Source: Saprolegnia diclina VS20 (taxonomy: Eukaryota). Taken from it: a stretch of 64,000 bases of DNA. Below the pieces are notes generated by a model. The model worked only from the letters and a program-made list of their open reading frames with translations. It did no database searches and was not told the DNA's origin. The stretch's first letter is position 1. Every line of letters starts with the position of its first letter. Positions 10,838 through 22,618 of this stretch are shown one piece after another. The stretch lies in the NCBI RefSeq assembly GCF_000281045.1, contig NW_008246071.1, positions 571,315 through 635,314 on the forward strand. The letters are read 5' to 3'. The translations under genes and the position numbers were made by a program.

Positions 10838-12684
10838 TCATGCTAACCACACGCTCTTGACGACGCCTTGCTGTAGCTTGAAAGTCGGCCGAAGTGGCCC
10901 GGGATGCGGCGTCGCTTCGAGCCGGTCAAAGATGGTCGCGCGATCGCTTGTTTCATCGTCGAGAATTGCACTCGCTGGATCCGCAAGGTTGCGGTCCAAG
11001 CTCTGTGCGAGGCTGAGTCGCACCGTTTGCTTGGGCACCTGGCGTTTTTTGCAGACCAGGTAGCAGTCGACACTGCGGAGGCTCAGCGTCGGGTGCTGGG
11101 CATAGCGCGGGTCGGACTGAATCGCCGCGTAGACGGAGCCGCCCGACTCGAGCATGTTCTTGGGGTACCGCCGCCCACAGCCGCGCACGAGACACAAGAC
11201 GGAGCGTGTTTTGAGACCATTGAACGCTTGGCTCGTGTACCTTGCGTTGGGCGTTTGTCGCTTTCGGCGCGCTATCGTACATTCTGAGCGTCCATCCTCG
11301 CTACAGGATCAAGCAACCTCGATATGTGCGGTGAGCAAAGCCATAGAGCACGGGTACGCTGGCAATGATGAGCGAGAGGAGGATGCAGCCAAGCGCAACG
11401 TCGACTTCATGGTACGGGTCGGGCGACGGCAAAGACGCAAAGAGCCACATGTACACGCGCACCAACGACGTGTGCGTCTGCACATACGTGAGCGGAACGT
11501 TGCTCGCTGCCACCGCGATGGCGACCAATGTCTTGTCAATATTTGCAAACAAGTGTTCCTTGCGATAGCGCTTGAGCGCGTGGGACGTCCCCGCCAGCGC
11601 AAAATAGGCAAACCACACCTAGGTACAAGGGATAGGGTTGCGTGCGGGAGGTTAGGGTATGTACCGTGCGCGAATAGTACAAGAACCCAAAGAAAAAGCT
11701 GTAGAGATTGGCGGTTTGCGCTGCGCGCACCATGGAAATACCCATGTATTGGACGCTGAGCCACACATCGATGGAAAATATGGCGCAGACGCTTGGGTCC
11801 ATCAAAATTAGCACGGTCGGATCCCCAACGATAAGTTCATAGTGCCAGTCATTGTCGCTAGAACGTGGATGCACGTGGCCAAAGGCGCGTACGATGCGTT
11901 GAAGCTCCATGCAGTGTCGATAGTAGCGGCGCCACGTCAAGACCAAGACCAGAATCAGCAAGCCGCAGCGGTACGCAAACTTGAACCAGAGCCACAGCGC
12001 GTACTCGGGGCGCTGAAACGTGTACGTCAGTGTAAAGACGCCGGGTGTCGGTGTCGCCATGGTAATATCGTCGCCAACGCTGAGCCACAAGCAGCCTTGG
12101 CCGACAAAGAGGCCAAAGAACGTCAAATACTGACACGCGCCACGAAACTGCCACGTCATTTCATCGGCCAACGTCGCTTTGCGGTGGTCAACAGCTGCAA
12201 ACGAGCACAGTACGTCTAGGAACGATGGACTATAAAAGACGAGGCCGGGGACGCCATAAAAGAACGCAATGCAGTCGCTTCGGTCCACGGGCGCTCTCTC
12301 TCGCACGTCGACGAGGCCGCGGTAAATGTCGGTGCGCAGCGTCGTATTGTCGTAAAACGAAGGGACGCTGGCCAAGGTGTCGCGCGAAAAGAGCGCTTGG
12401 GAGAGCGTCAGAAACGCCGGGTCGAGCGACGAGAGGTTCAAATACGGCGTGTCGGGTCGCGTCATGTGCGACCACGGCAGCTCCTCGGACAAGTACGCTT
12501 TCATGGGCTAGACAGAAGTAGCGTCACGAGTGCTGCACTCTGCAGGATCGAGTACCATGGCAAGAAGGTTGAGCAGCAAAAGAAAGCTCGTGGCCAACGA
12601 CATTTTGTTCCAGGTCACGTTGTAGGCGGGCGACGTGGCCGGTTGCGATGGCCCACTCGGTGCGATCGGCACCACGGCGACCAT
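10838..12684 (-). CDS. Multi-pass transmembrane protein of unknown function (oomycete-type family), paralog of 31729-33571
   Basis: WNKMSL..LNLLAM|PMKAYLSEELPW, LWFKFAYR, YELIVGDPT, ESGGSVY, SLRSVDCYL are shared with the paralog; several hydrophobic segments. Confidence 0.8.
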
Positions 12685-12992
12685 TTTGCTGCAACTCAGA
12701 TCTTATTTTTGATCCTAAAATCGTCGAGACGCAAGCGTGGCATTATCCTAGACAACCTGTGCATCGTCAAAGTTTCTGTACTGGATTTTGGGAACCAAGA
12801 AAGGCTGCAGTACCTAGGCACGCATCGGCAAACTACGCAAGGGCGTGTCGATTGGCAAGCGTTGATATATATGTTTCGACTATAAAAAAGTAGAAATGGT
12901 TCAACCCTAATCCCGTTTTCAACACCGTTCCAGCGACCGCAAGTCGAACGACAGACACGGAGACGCACAATACGATATGAGGCTGCACTGCC

Positions 12993-15900
12993 TTAAAGAG
13001 CTGGCGACGCGCGGCTCAGTTGGCGGCGCAGCTTGAAGAGGTGCGGCTGGCGCTGCATCCAGTCCTTGATCTTGGGCAACGCGTACTCGTAGCCGACCTG
13101 GATCGCGTCGTCGAGGCGTTCAAACTGGAGCGTGCCAATGTGCTGGACCGGCGGCTTGAGGTACAGATCGACGCAAGTGTTGATGACGTTGTCCTTGTTT
13201 TGCTCAAAGCAGCAGTAGGCGAGTGCGGCCGAGACGTCGCCCATCGACGGCACTTGGGCCGTGCGCTCAAACGGGTTGAGCTTGTTCTTGAGGAGCCACC
13301 AGCCCGAGAGCGAGTCGCCGTACTCGTAGTAGCTCCACTCGGGGTCGCCACCGACGTCGACGGCCACAATAATGTTGATACCCTCTTCCTTCATCACGTC
13401 CGCGGGCAAATTATTGACGTATCCGCCGTCGAGGAGAAGCGAGCCATTGTCCGAAATCGGCGGGAGGTACCCTTGCAGCGACATGGACGCGCGCACGTAG
13501 CGCCACAGAAGGCCCGCGCGGTGGACACCGGTGCGATACTTGACAATGTCGGTCGAGATGCAGAAGAAATTGAGCACGAGGTCCTACGAAATTTGGTCAA
13601 AAATGTGAAAAATCAAATAAAAATCAAAGACAAAACAAACCTCGATGCGAATGTCGCCAAACTCTTGGTGAATGATGCTGTTGAAGCCAACGCCCGTAAA
13701 GAAGGACGCGATCGGGAGCGTGAGCTCGCAAAACTTCTTCCAGAGACTGCCCATGGATTTCGCAAAGCTGCGGGATTTTTCAACCACCTTTTCCAAGTCC
13801 TTGGGGTACTGGGCGTACAGGCCGGCCATGAACGCGCCCATACTACACCACGAGCGTCCGCGACCGTTTGAAAATGTCAGATGTTGTACCTCGTGCCACC
13901 GACAACGTCCACATCAATACCACACTCTTCCAGCGCCTTGAGGACGCCAATGTGGGCGAGGCCACGGGCGCCGCCACCGCCGAGGACGATGCCAATCGAC
14001 CGACCGGTCACACGCCGCGAGATACGGAGCAGGTCGCTCTCGTACTTTGAAAACGGCACACGAATGTTGTGCGAGTAGCTAATCCAGTCGCGCGAGTCGA
14101 CCTTCTTCATCGGCGTCGACATGTCGTCCGTGTCGCGGCGGAGCCGCACGAGGTTGATTTCAACCTACGTGACCCAGTTAGTACCGAGCACCAAGCTCAC
14201 AAAGGGTCGTACCTTCTTGCGCTCGTACGCAGATCGCAACAGACCTTGGAGCTCGTCGATCCAAAATTCTGATGTCTCGGACGTGAGCAGCAAAATGTGA
14301 TCGGCTTGCCGGATGCACAGCCGCGTCCACTCGGTCAGCGTCGTGTCGGCTTCGTACAAGACGAGCTGGTTGACACTCTCGACCTCGGCGAGCCAGTTGG
14401 ACATGCGCGAGCGTGCAATCGCAGAGAGCGACCGCCACTGCCCGCCAAACACCTCGATCGCCTTTTGCGACGAGACGACTTCGGTGGTCGCCAGCGTGTT
14501 GAGCGCTTTGGCCAGCATGTCGCTAAACTCGTGCACGCACGCGTCCTTGCTCGCAGCCAGGACGGCGATCGTACCCTAACCACACACAATTTTGCTAAGC
14601 TAAAAGGGCAAGCAAGACATGCAACGTACGACAGGAAGTTGGGGCGACGCGCCAGCGTTGCGCGTGCCGAGCAGCGGAAACGTCTTGCTCTGCGGCAGCG
14701 CTACGCGACGGACTCTGTAGAAAAGAGATCGAGAGATACGAAGCGGGTACCATTCGTGGAGCGGTATGCCACTTCGCGCGTCACGTGGGCCAGCACGTCG
14801 GGGTAGACGCGCAAAATGTAGTCGAAGATGACACGGGGCATCTTGGAGATTTGACAGTCGCGAATGGCATAGACCGTCGACGCACTAGTTATGACGTAAT
14901 ATGACGGTGATGTAGGAAGGGATGGACATACCTGCGCCGGGAGGCGAGCATGTCGAGCGCGCACAGCGTCGCGCCCTTCATGAGCTCGTTGCTCGTCTTG
15001 ACAATGGCGCCCGTCGTGCTCACGTGCTACATCAACACATTGTCAGCATGACATGTCACATCATAAGTTAAGTAGTACATCTTGGATGGCGCGGAGGCGA
15101 CCGGTCAAGAGCGTGTACGTCGAGTCGCACTCGTCGCCGACGTGGAAGAGCGAGTCGCCGCTGTTGAGGTGGATCCATTCGAAAAAGTTGTCGAGCATCG
15201 GCACCATGGGGTCGTACTGGCGCAGCACGTGCTTGACGCAACTAAGATGGACAAGTTTTGTCCATCGCACCTTTGAGAGCGTCGTACCTCGAGACAAACG
15301 ACGCGTGTCGCAAAAGCGACCGAAAGACGTTGCCGTCCAAGTGCAGCACGGTTGTAGTGCCAATCGTGCGCGCTTCGACCATGCCGGCGTCACCGGTGAT
15401 GGCGGTGCTCACACCAATGGCACAGCCCGGCGTCGCCTCGTACATCTTGACAAGCGTGTCGGTCACGTTGCCCATCGACATGGCCACGTCGACGGCAATC
15501 GCGCCTTCAACGACAAAGTACACGTCCGCGGCGTTGCTCGACCGCTGCTCTTTTTGGTCCTGGAGAAGCCAGCCATCTTCGAGCGTCAAGAGCCGGCACC
15601 CGAGACGGAATTGCTCCTCGAGCTCCTTGAAGTCGAGACCGAGGGCATGCGCCACGACGTGGGCGACCTCACTGCGGTCGGCGGGCACCTCAAAGAGCGG
15701 CACCGGATGGATCACGTGGTTGACCTACGCTTGCGTCAAACCAAATTGAAGGGCAAACATCCGACGACGCACAAGGCCAAAATAGTCGATGAGCGACCGC
15801 GCGGTGACACGGTCCAGCTGCGCGAGGGCCACTTGGGCGAGCTGAAGTTGGTTCTTTGGGTGGAGCTCCATGGCTTCAAGCAGCACCGACTGATCGATAC

Positions 15901-16623
15901 GCAGGACCGTGGCACCCTCGGGACCGGCGCGCGCTTCCAGGTCGAGACGCGCGACCGACGGGTCGTGAAAGAGAGTTTGGAGCTGCACGAGCGTCGACGT
16001 GAGGCATTCGTCCTTCGGGATCGCGCTCGAGTAGACCTTGTCTTCGTAGAAGGCAGCGAGGAGCGCAGAGCCGCGGGCGACCATGAGCAGCGACCCGTCG
16101 TGGACGGCGCGTTCAAAGATGATGGCGTCGGGGGCATACTCGACCGCTTCGACATGCCTACGAGCAGTACGTGAGAAGACGAGGTTATCGTGATCGTAAG
16201 CGACTACCGAATGATCACTTCCATAAACTCGTTCTCGAACGACGAGAAGAACATCTTGGTGAGACCCGAGTACATTTGCAGCTGGTCCTCGCTCCAGACC
16301 TGCGCCTTGAGCCACATGATGTTGGCGTCGCGCTCGCCGAGCTCCTTCTCTTCTTCGCGGAGCTCGTTGACTTCGTAGTCGACGTCCGCGTCAAAAGACA
16401 TGCGCTTGCGCATGTGCTTGGCCTTGGGCGACCCCGGCGCCGACGCCGTTCCATCCGATCGGGCGTCGACCGAGAGCGCGCGCGTCTTGCGCGGACGCAC
16501 TTGGCGCGAGGCGACCCAGATGTAGAGCATGATGACGCCGAGGAGGACGGCGGCGAGGGCCGCGCCAATGACGATCGGGATCTCGTGGTAGTGCTTCAGC
16601 ACCCAGTCCGACATGAGCAGCAT
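12993..16623 (-). CDS. Neuropathy-target-esterase-like patatin phospholipase (PNPLA6/7, NTE1 family): N-terminal TM anchor, cNMP-binding-like domains, patatin domain; multi-exon
   Basis: [16 protein letters not shown] nucleophile elbow split by an intron, [33 protein letters not shown] segment [23 protein letters not shown]. Confidence 0.9.
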
Positions 16624-17101
16624 GAGGTTGCGTCGGGGGCAGCAAAGCGAAATTGACACAAATGGCCCAAGATCTATCTCTGCCAGTTACAAATGCGTCT
16701 TTTCTAGACGCGTTAAAGCCCATCGTTGCACTTGGCGTTTGTATAGCACTTCGCGTTTTTCACGAAAAGGACGTAAAACCTGACCGTGGCGCCGTTGACG
16801 CAGCCGCCATGTGATTGCCACTATGGGCACGTGTTTTCACCCGGCTGCGCGCGGCCATCGGCCATTGGCCATTGTCGCTTCCAGCTGCTGCAGGATTTAG
16901 CGCGGAGGATTCCGCTCCATTTCGGATAGCGACACCCGTGGCACTCTCCGCCCCTTCGCAGGCCGGCGCGAAAGGCGCGCAGCGTGACCGCCGATCTTAT
17001 ATTTTGCCGTCACGTCTCGAAGGCAGCACCAGCGTCGGCCACGCTAGTTGCAGTAGGAAGCTGTCCACGAGCATGCGTCGAAACAACGCAGAGTCGGCGC
17101 A

Positions 17102-17161
17102 GCGTGATTACAGCATAGAAACTTGCCACCTGCGTGATTACAGCACAGAAACTTGCCACCT
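17102..17161. repeat. 30-bp tandem duplication in a divergent intergenic region
   Basis: gcgtgattacagca(t/c)agaaacttgccacct twice, one mismatch. Confidence 0.9.
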
Positions 17162-17339
17162 GCCGCGGATGATGACAAGGACCAGCTGTCCACTCCAACT
17201 ACAGTGTACTCCAACCCCGTTTGACGCCATTTGACAAAGCGTTTGACGCATCGTGATCATGTTCAACCCATGGTCAAAGGTTTAACGCGTTTGCCGTTTG
17301 TCGTATCCGGATGCCGGAATCGCGAGATCCAAAACGGGC

Positions 17340-18504
17340 ATGACCGACGCGCACCGCGATGTGCTCTTCCTGCGCGTTCGGACGCTCGAGAAGTACAAGC
17401 ACAACTATGAGCTCTTATGTAGCCAGCTCAGCGACCTCAACACGCAGGTCGGGCTCCAGCTGCAGCGCCACGAGATGGACGTCGCTGGCCTCCAAGGTAG
17501 CATTTTGCGGTGCTGCCCGATCGGCGCTCATGGCAAACGCCGTAGCCATCATTCGTGGCCTCGAGAAGGACAAGTCCGACGCTGCGACTAAGATCATGGA
17601 GCTCGAGGCCAAAGTCGCTGCGCAGGCGACTGTGATGGGCCAGGACAAGGAGTACACCGACCGCATTCACGCGCAGCTGACGACAGCGGCCGAGCTCCTC
17701 AAAGCAAGTGAGCGCAATGCGAGCGAGCGCGAGAAAGAGTGTCATACGCAGCTGGACGCTTTGCACCGGCAAATGGAGAAGGAAGCGTGCGAGCACGAAG
17801 CTGTCAAGCGCGAACTATCTGCGCTCAAGCTCGCGAAAGACTCTGGTAGCGAATCCAGCAAGGACAACAAGAAGCTGCGGCGACGGCTCAGCGAAGCCCA
17901 CCATTGCATCGAGACCTTGCGCCGACAGCTCATGGATGAATGCCGTCGACGCGACGCGGAGAGTGACGCGGCGCAGGAGGCTGCCCAGCGAAGGATAGCG
18001 CAGCTGCAGCAGGACGCGATCTGCCTCTCCGAGATTGCGTCGTCCACCAAAGCGCAAGCGCAGTCGCTTGAGCAGCAGCTGGACGCGCTCGAGGCGCAGC
18101 ACCGCAAGTCCCAAGTGCGCGAGGATGACCTTCGGCGCGAACTCGAGCGCCATGATGTGCATCGAGCCCATGACAACGACCGGCTCGTGCTCGAACTCAC
18201 CGACAAGGACACGCGTATCAAAGCCCTTGAGAAAAAAGTGCGCGAACTCAAGATTCGGTGGAAGCAGGACCGCGAACATTTGAAAGCCAAGCTCCAGCGC
18301 CACGAAGCGACCGACGACGACGTATACCAGCTCCGCCAGCAAGTTCGCGAGCTCGAGACGCAGCTCGTCGTCGCAGACAAGCGCTGCCGACTCCTCGAGC
18401 GAGAAGTCTCTGCCCTTCGCGATGTCATGGATGAAGCTGCGCTGCGCCAAGAGCGCCGCGACAGTGCATCGCGCTACCGAGCAACCTCGCCACCGTCAAA
18501 TTGA
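17340..18504 (+). CDS. Coiled-coil protein of unknown function; one 5' intron, 3' end uncertain
   Basis: MTDAHRDVLFLRVRTLEKYKHNYELL exon, intron from about 17497, then a long E/K/Q/L-rich heptad ORF. Confidence 0.7.
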
Positions 18505-18547
18505 TTACATAATGTTATCCTGCCCTAGCTTGATGTCGAGCGCTTGA

Positions 18548-20817
18548 TCACGACACGCGTGTCTCTTCCCGCTTCCGGGCCGCGCGCACCATGTTCTGGA
18601 GCTTCAAACACTCGTCTTTGAGCGCTGCATTTTCCTACCCAACCCGTCGAGCATTGCTACCCACGTTGTGCGACATACCTCTTCGAGATCCGCGATGAGA
18701 TGACTGTGCTGTGATGTTGACGTCTGAGAGGCCAATATCAAGAGGCGAAGCTCCTCGCTGCAACTGACCTTGTCTGAGACTGCCGCTTCGTACGCCCGTT
18801 TCCACGTAGCAATTTCCTCGTCCTTGGCTTCGACAGCTAGTCGTAGCCGGTCCAACTCTACGCCCTTGATGATGAGCTGCGACCAGCTAGGACTGTAGCC
18901 TACCTGCAACGTCGTTTAATGTGCGAGGAGACGGTAGCCGCTAGCACCAACACTGTGACATTGATCGCACGCTGTGCACAGCGTACCGAGCGAGATGCGT
19001 CGTTGCGCAAGTGCGGTATGCCCGATGGTTTCGGTGGAGCGTCTACCTCAACCAAATCAAATGGCTGGCAAGGCGAAATGGCTTGGTATATCGTACCTAG
19101 CTTGGCTGCTTGGAGCTGCTGCTGAAGGGACTTGACGAGTTCGACGAGTCGTTCTTTCTCAATCTACGCTGCTTGTCACCACGAGCGGAAAGCCGGTGCA
19201 GAAAAGTACCGCCAAGGCTTGATAGTTGCCAAATTGTTCTTTGGAGACACTGGCCTTTGTGTGCTTGAGATCAGTCGATTGCGCAGCGTGCAAGTCGCGC
19301 TGGAAGGACTCGAGGAGACTTGCTTGGTGCGCCAGCTACAGAGCCCACGTCAGCTCTTTATCGCTCTTTGGTTGTGGTTTACTTGTCGCTTTTGATCCTT
19401 GCAGAGCAGTTTGAGCGCGTCGAGCTCGTCACCGTCAGGCGCTTTGCTGTCGGCCGTGCGGGCCCGCGAGCTCGGTCCTGGCTTCTTTGTTTCGAGTTCG
19501 CTTTGGAGACGGTCGATGAGGAGGTCGTCGTTCTTGGATTTCTCCAGTAGCACGCTGATCTTGACCTTGCTCTTGCTCGATTCCTTTTCAAACACGTGGA
19601 GGCGGGCTTTTGTCGCTTCGTATTTTTTGTGCAGTTTCTCGTGGCCCTCGCGCAGTGCATTGCCGTCCTCTAAAAGCTTCTCACTTTGCTTTCGGCGCTC
19701 GAGTTTGGAGGCCGCAAGGTCGTCTTCCGCCTTGCGATCGACATCCCGCGGCACCTACATTCATTTCCATTTGAGATTGAGTTTCGGGGTGTGTTGCATG
19801 TATCGCACATCGACGGGACTTGGCTGGGCCCGTTCGAGCTTTTTGATTTTGGCTTTGAGCATCACGATTTGCTGGGCACGGCCTCGCTTCCCGCTGTCGC
19901 TCGCATCAAGAATGTCACTCAGTGCTACGTCGTCGCCCACCTACACAGACATAGCGTTGCCAGTCTGTCCAAAACCGATGCTTACTTCGCGCTGAAGGGC
20001 GCGTTGGGTGCGTTTGAGCTCAACTGCTTGCGCCTCGCATTTGAGTTTTAGCTCCTCGAGCTTCTTGGACGCAGCGACTTCCTTCTCGGGCGACGGCACC
20101 TTCTTCGCCACGTCGGGCCGAGGCTGTTGCTGAAGTCGCTGCAGTGCGCGCTCGGCCTTGAGCTGAAGGGTCTGCGCCGCCTCGACCGCGCGCTCCATCT
20201 CGGCCATCTTGGTGCTGGCAGCCGCCGCGCGAGTCTTTTCCTTGTTGTAGGCCAGCGTCGCTTGGCGCAGCTTCTTGGCTTGGTGCACAATCTTGACGTT
20301 GCGAATGTCCTAATGTTGAGGGTTGGGGATATCAACAACATCTGAAAACGATGTCTACGTGATCAACAATCTCGGAGCCTTGCAGAATGTCCTTGAACGC
20401 ATCCACATCGAGGCCAGGGATGGGCTCCAAGGCTTCGAGTAGAAGCTGCAGTCTACGCGCCACCGTAACGCTGGAAAATCCATGCGTCGTTCCTACTCGT
20501 TGATTTGCTGCTTATGGCTCTTGATGGCCGCCACGAGCTCTGCATTTTGGTGCTTGAGACTCTGAATGTCGCTGATACCGTCCCACTTGAAGTCGCTCTG
20601 GTTGTTGGAGCTCGTTTCGATCGCTGGTGGAACGTCCTCGAGCGCATGGCTATCGTCGTCGCTGTCGCTGTCGTCAAACTCGGGCAGCGCCAGCGGCGCC
20701 TACTGCAGTTGCCAACCAAGACGCTTTGCCAATCAAGTGTACCTTGTGACGTGGCGGCGGCGCTGGCCCGAGCTCCATCTTGGCACTCGCGCGCTTCGTC
20801 TCGACGACAAGGCTCAT
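18548..20817 (-). CDS. Coiled-coil protein, possibly CCDC13-like; multi-exon
   Basis: Exons joinable through GT-AG introns: MSLVVETKRAS..., DIRNVKIVHQAKKLRQATLAYNKEKTRA, ELKRTQRALQRE, RGRAQQIVMLKAKIK, KISVLLEKSKNDDLLIDRL. Family call from recalled similarity only. Confidence 0.65.
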
Positions 20818-21564
20818 CGTGCGACGGTTTCGCTGACAGTTCAAGTCGTCTCAACCGACTCGGTGGCGTTGAGACAGCGGCGCCGCCGACTCAGCTCCGT
20901 GCAGTCTGCAAATTATGCCCAACGCACGCCCGAAAGAGATGGCGCGCCGACCGAGTCTCTCGTCGTTACTCATGCCCACAGCGCGCTTCACGCGGGATCA
21001 CCCCAAGCTCGCCAAGGTGCCCATTTCAGTCGCTGTCGCCATCGAGCGAGCACTCAAGGTCAAGCGCGATTGAGTCGCACGCCATCGCACCGCAAGGAAG
21101 AGCGATGCTGATTTCCTATTTAGAGCTAATACACTCGACACTATGCCACTATGTGTTGTGCTTTGGACCTTTGGCCGGTCGCGAATGCGCTGCTCCCACG
21201 TAGCAGATGCAGGCTCACGTAGTACGCACCGTATCACAGTGAGTACAGCATATCGCTTCATGCGTGTCTCCGATGGTTGTGCTTGTCGAGGCCACGCGGA
21301 GTGCCAGCCAAAGTCGCTTCACCTCGTCCGTCCTGCCTTCATCGAGCAGCAAGGAGCCATTGAAGGAACATTGGGCTCAGACAAGAGCGCAGGATGTGGC
21401 TACCTCTACACTGTACGACGTGAGGAGGCTCATCTCGACACTGCGCGGTTGAAGTCGAACCTTGGCGTCAAAGACGTGGTCGGCGGGGAAACACTTGGTC
21501 TTTGTATAGTACTTTGCCCTAAGCCTTGACGAAAATCGACTGCTTATTTGCTGGCAGACACACA

Positions 21565-22550
21565 ATGGACTTGGAGGGCGCATTCGACGACGTCATGACG
21601 GCGCTCTTGTGCGCCGACAAGCGCGATGTCGACGATGTTGCACGCGTCCTAGATAGCCTTGCGCGCTTTGTCGGCGCCGTTGATGAGACGCTCACGGCCA
21701 CGCACCGCATGACGCTCAAGCAGGTCGGTCGCCAATGGCTCGCGGCCGTCGAGTCGATCTGGTACCAGTATGGCCTCAACGACGATGCGAAAGACCTCGA
21801 AGCGCAGTTTGAAGAGGTGCGAGGCGCGCTCGCCGCCGTCACAGGTACTCGCAGTGTGTTCACGTATCTCAGTGCATCTCACACGCGGTATTAGACCATC
21901 CGACCAAGACTTTATTCGTTCACGAGTCGCTACCCCCGGTTGCACTGCGCGAGCTGAGCTTCATGGAGGCCGGCTTTGGCTGGCAGACGTGGGGTGCGAG
22001 CCTCGTTTTGGCCCACGCGATTGCCACCGACCAAGTCGACGTACGTGGGCGCCGAGTACTCGAGGTCGGCTGTGGCACCGGCCTCGTCGGCATCGTTGCC
22101 GCCCTCAAAGGCGCGTCCGAAGTTGTTCTCACGGACTTTCTGCCCGAGGTCCTCCAGAATGCCCGCTTCAACGCCGAGGCGAACGGCGTGCGCGACGTCT
22201 GCCGCGTCACCAAGCTCGACTGGCGGTCGCCAACCCTGGACGCAGACGACGACGACCAGCGTTTTGATGTGGTATTGGCGGCCGATTGTTGCTACGAGAT
22301 CGAGCACGCCAAGCTCCTCCCGCCCGTGTTTCAAAAGTACCTCGCCAAGACGTCCATTGATGCTCGCGTGCATTTGATCAACGCGCTCCGAACGGGGTTT
22401 GACGCAGAGCTCAATGCGTGGGAAGCTGCTGCCCGCAACGCGAACCTCACACTCGCGAACGTGCACACGATTCACGACGATAGCGCGGTGGACAATGGCC
22501 CCGCTGCCGAGTTTCGCTACTATCAAATAGCCAATCCAACGAGCACATAG
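21565..22550 (+). CDS. SAM-dependent protein methyltransferase, family 16 (METTL21/EEF2KMT-like); one intron
   Basis: GWQTWGAS, VLEVGCGTGLVG, VLTDF, LDW, DVVLAADCCY. Confidence 0.85.
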
Positions 22551-22618
22551 CGTTGCTTTTGTGTCAATACAGTGTCTTTTACAGCGTTTCCACCAAACAC
22601 CAGCTTAGAATAGACGTA

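Noticed and set aside
20900..21530. Short ORFs between the coiled-coil and methyltransferase genes
   Set aside because: No recognisable motifs or consistent exon chain.
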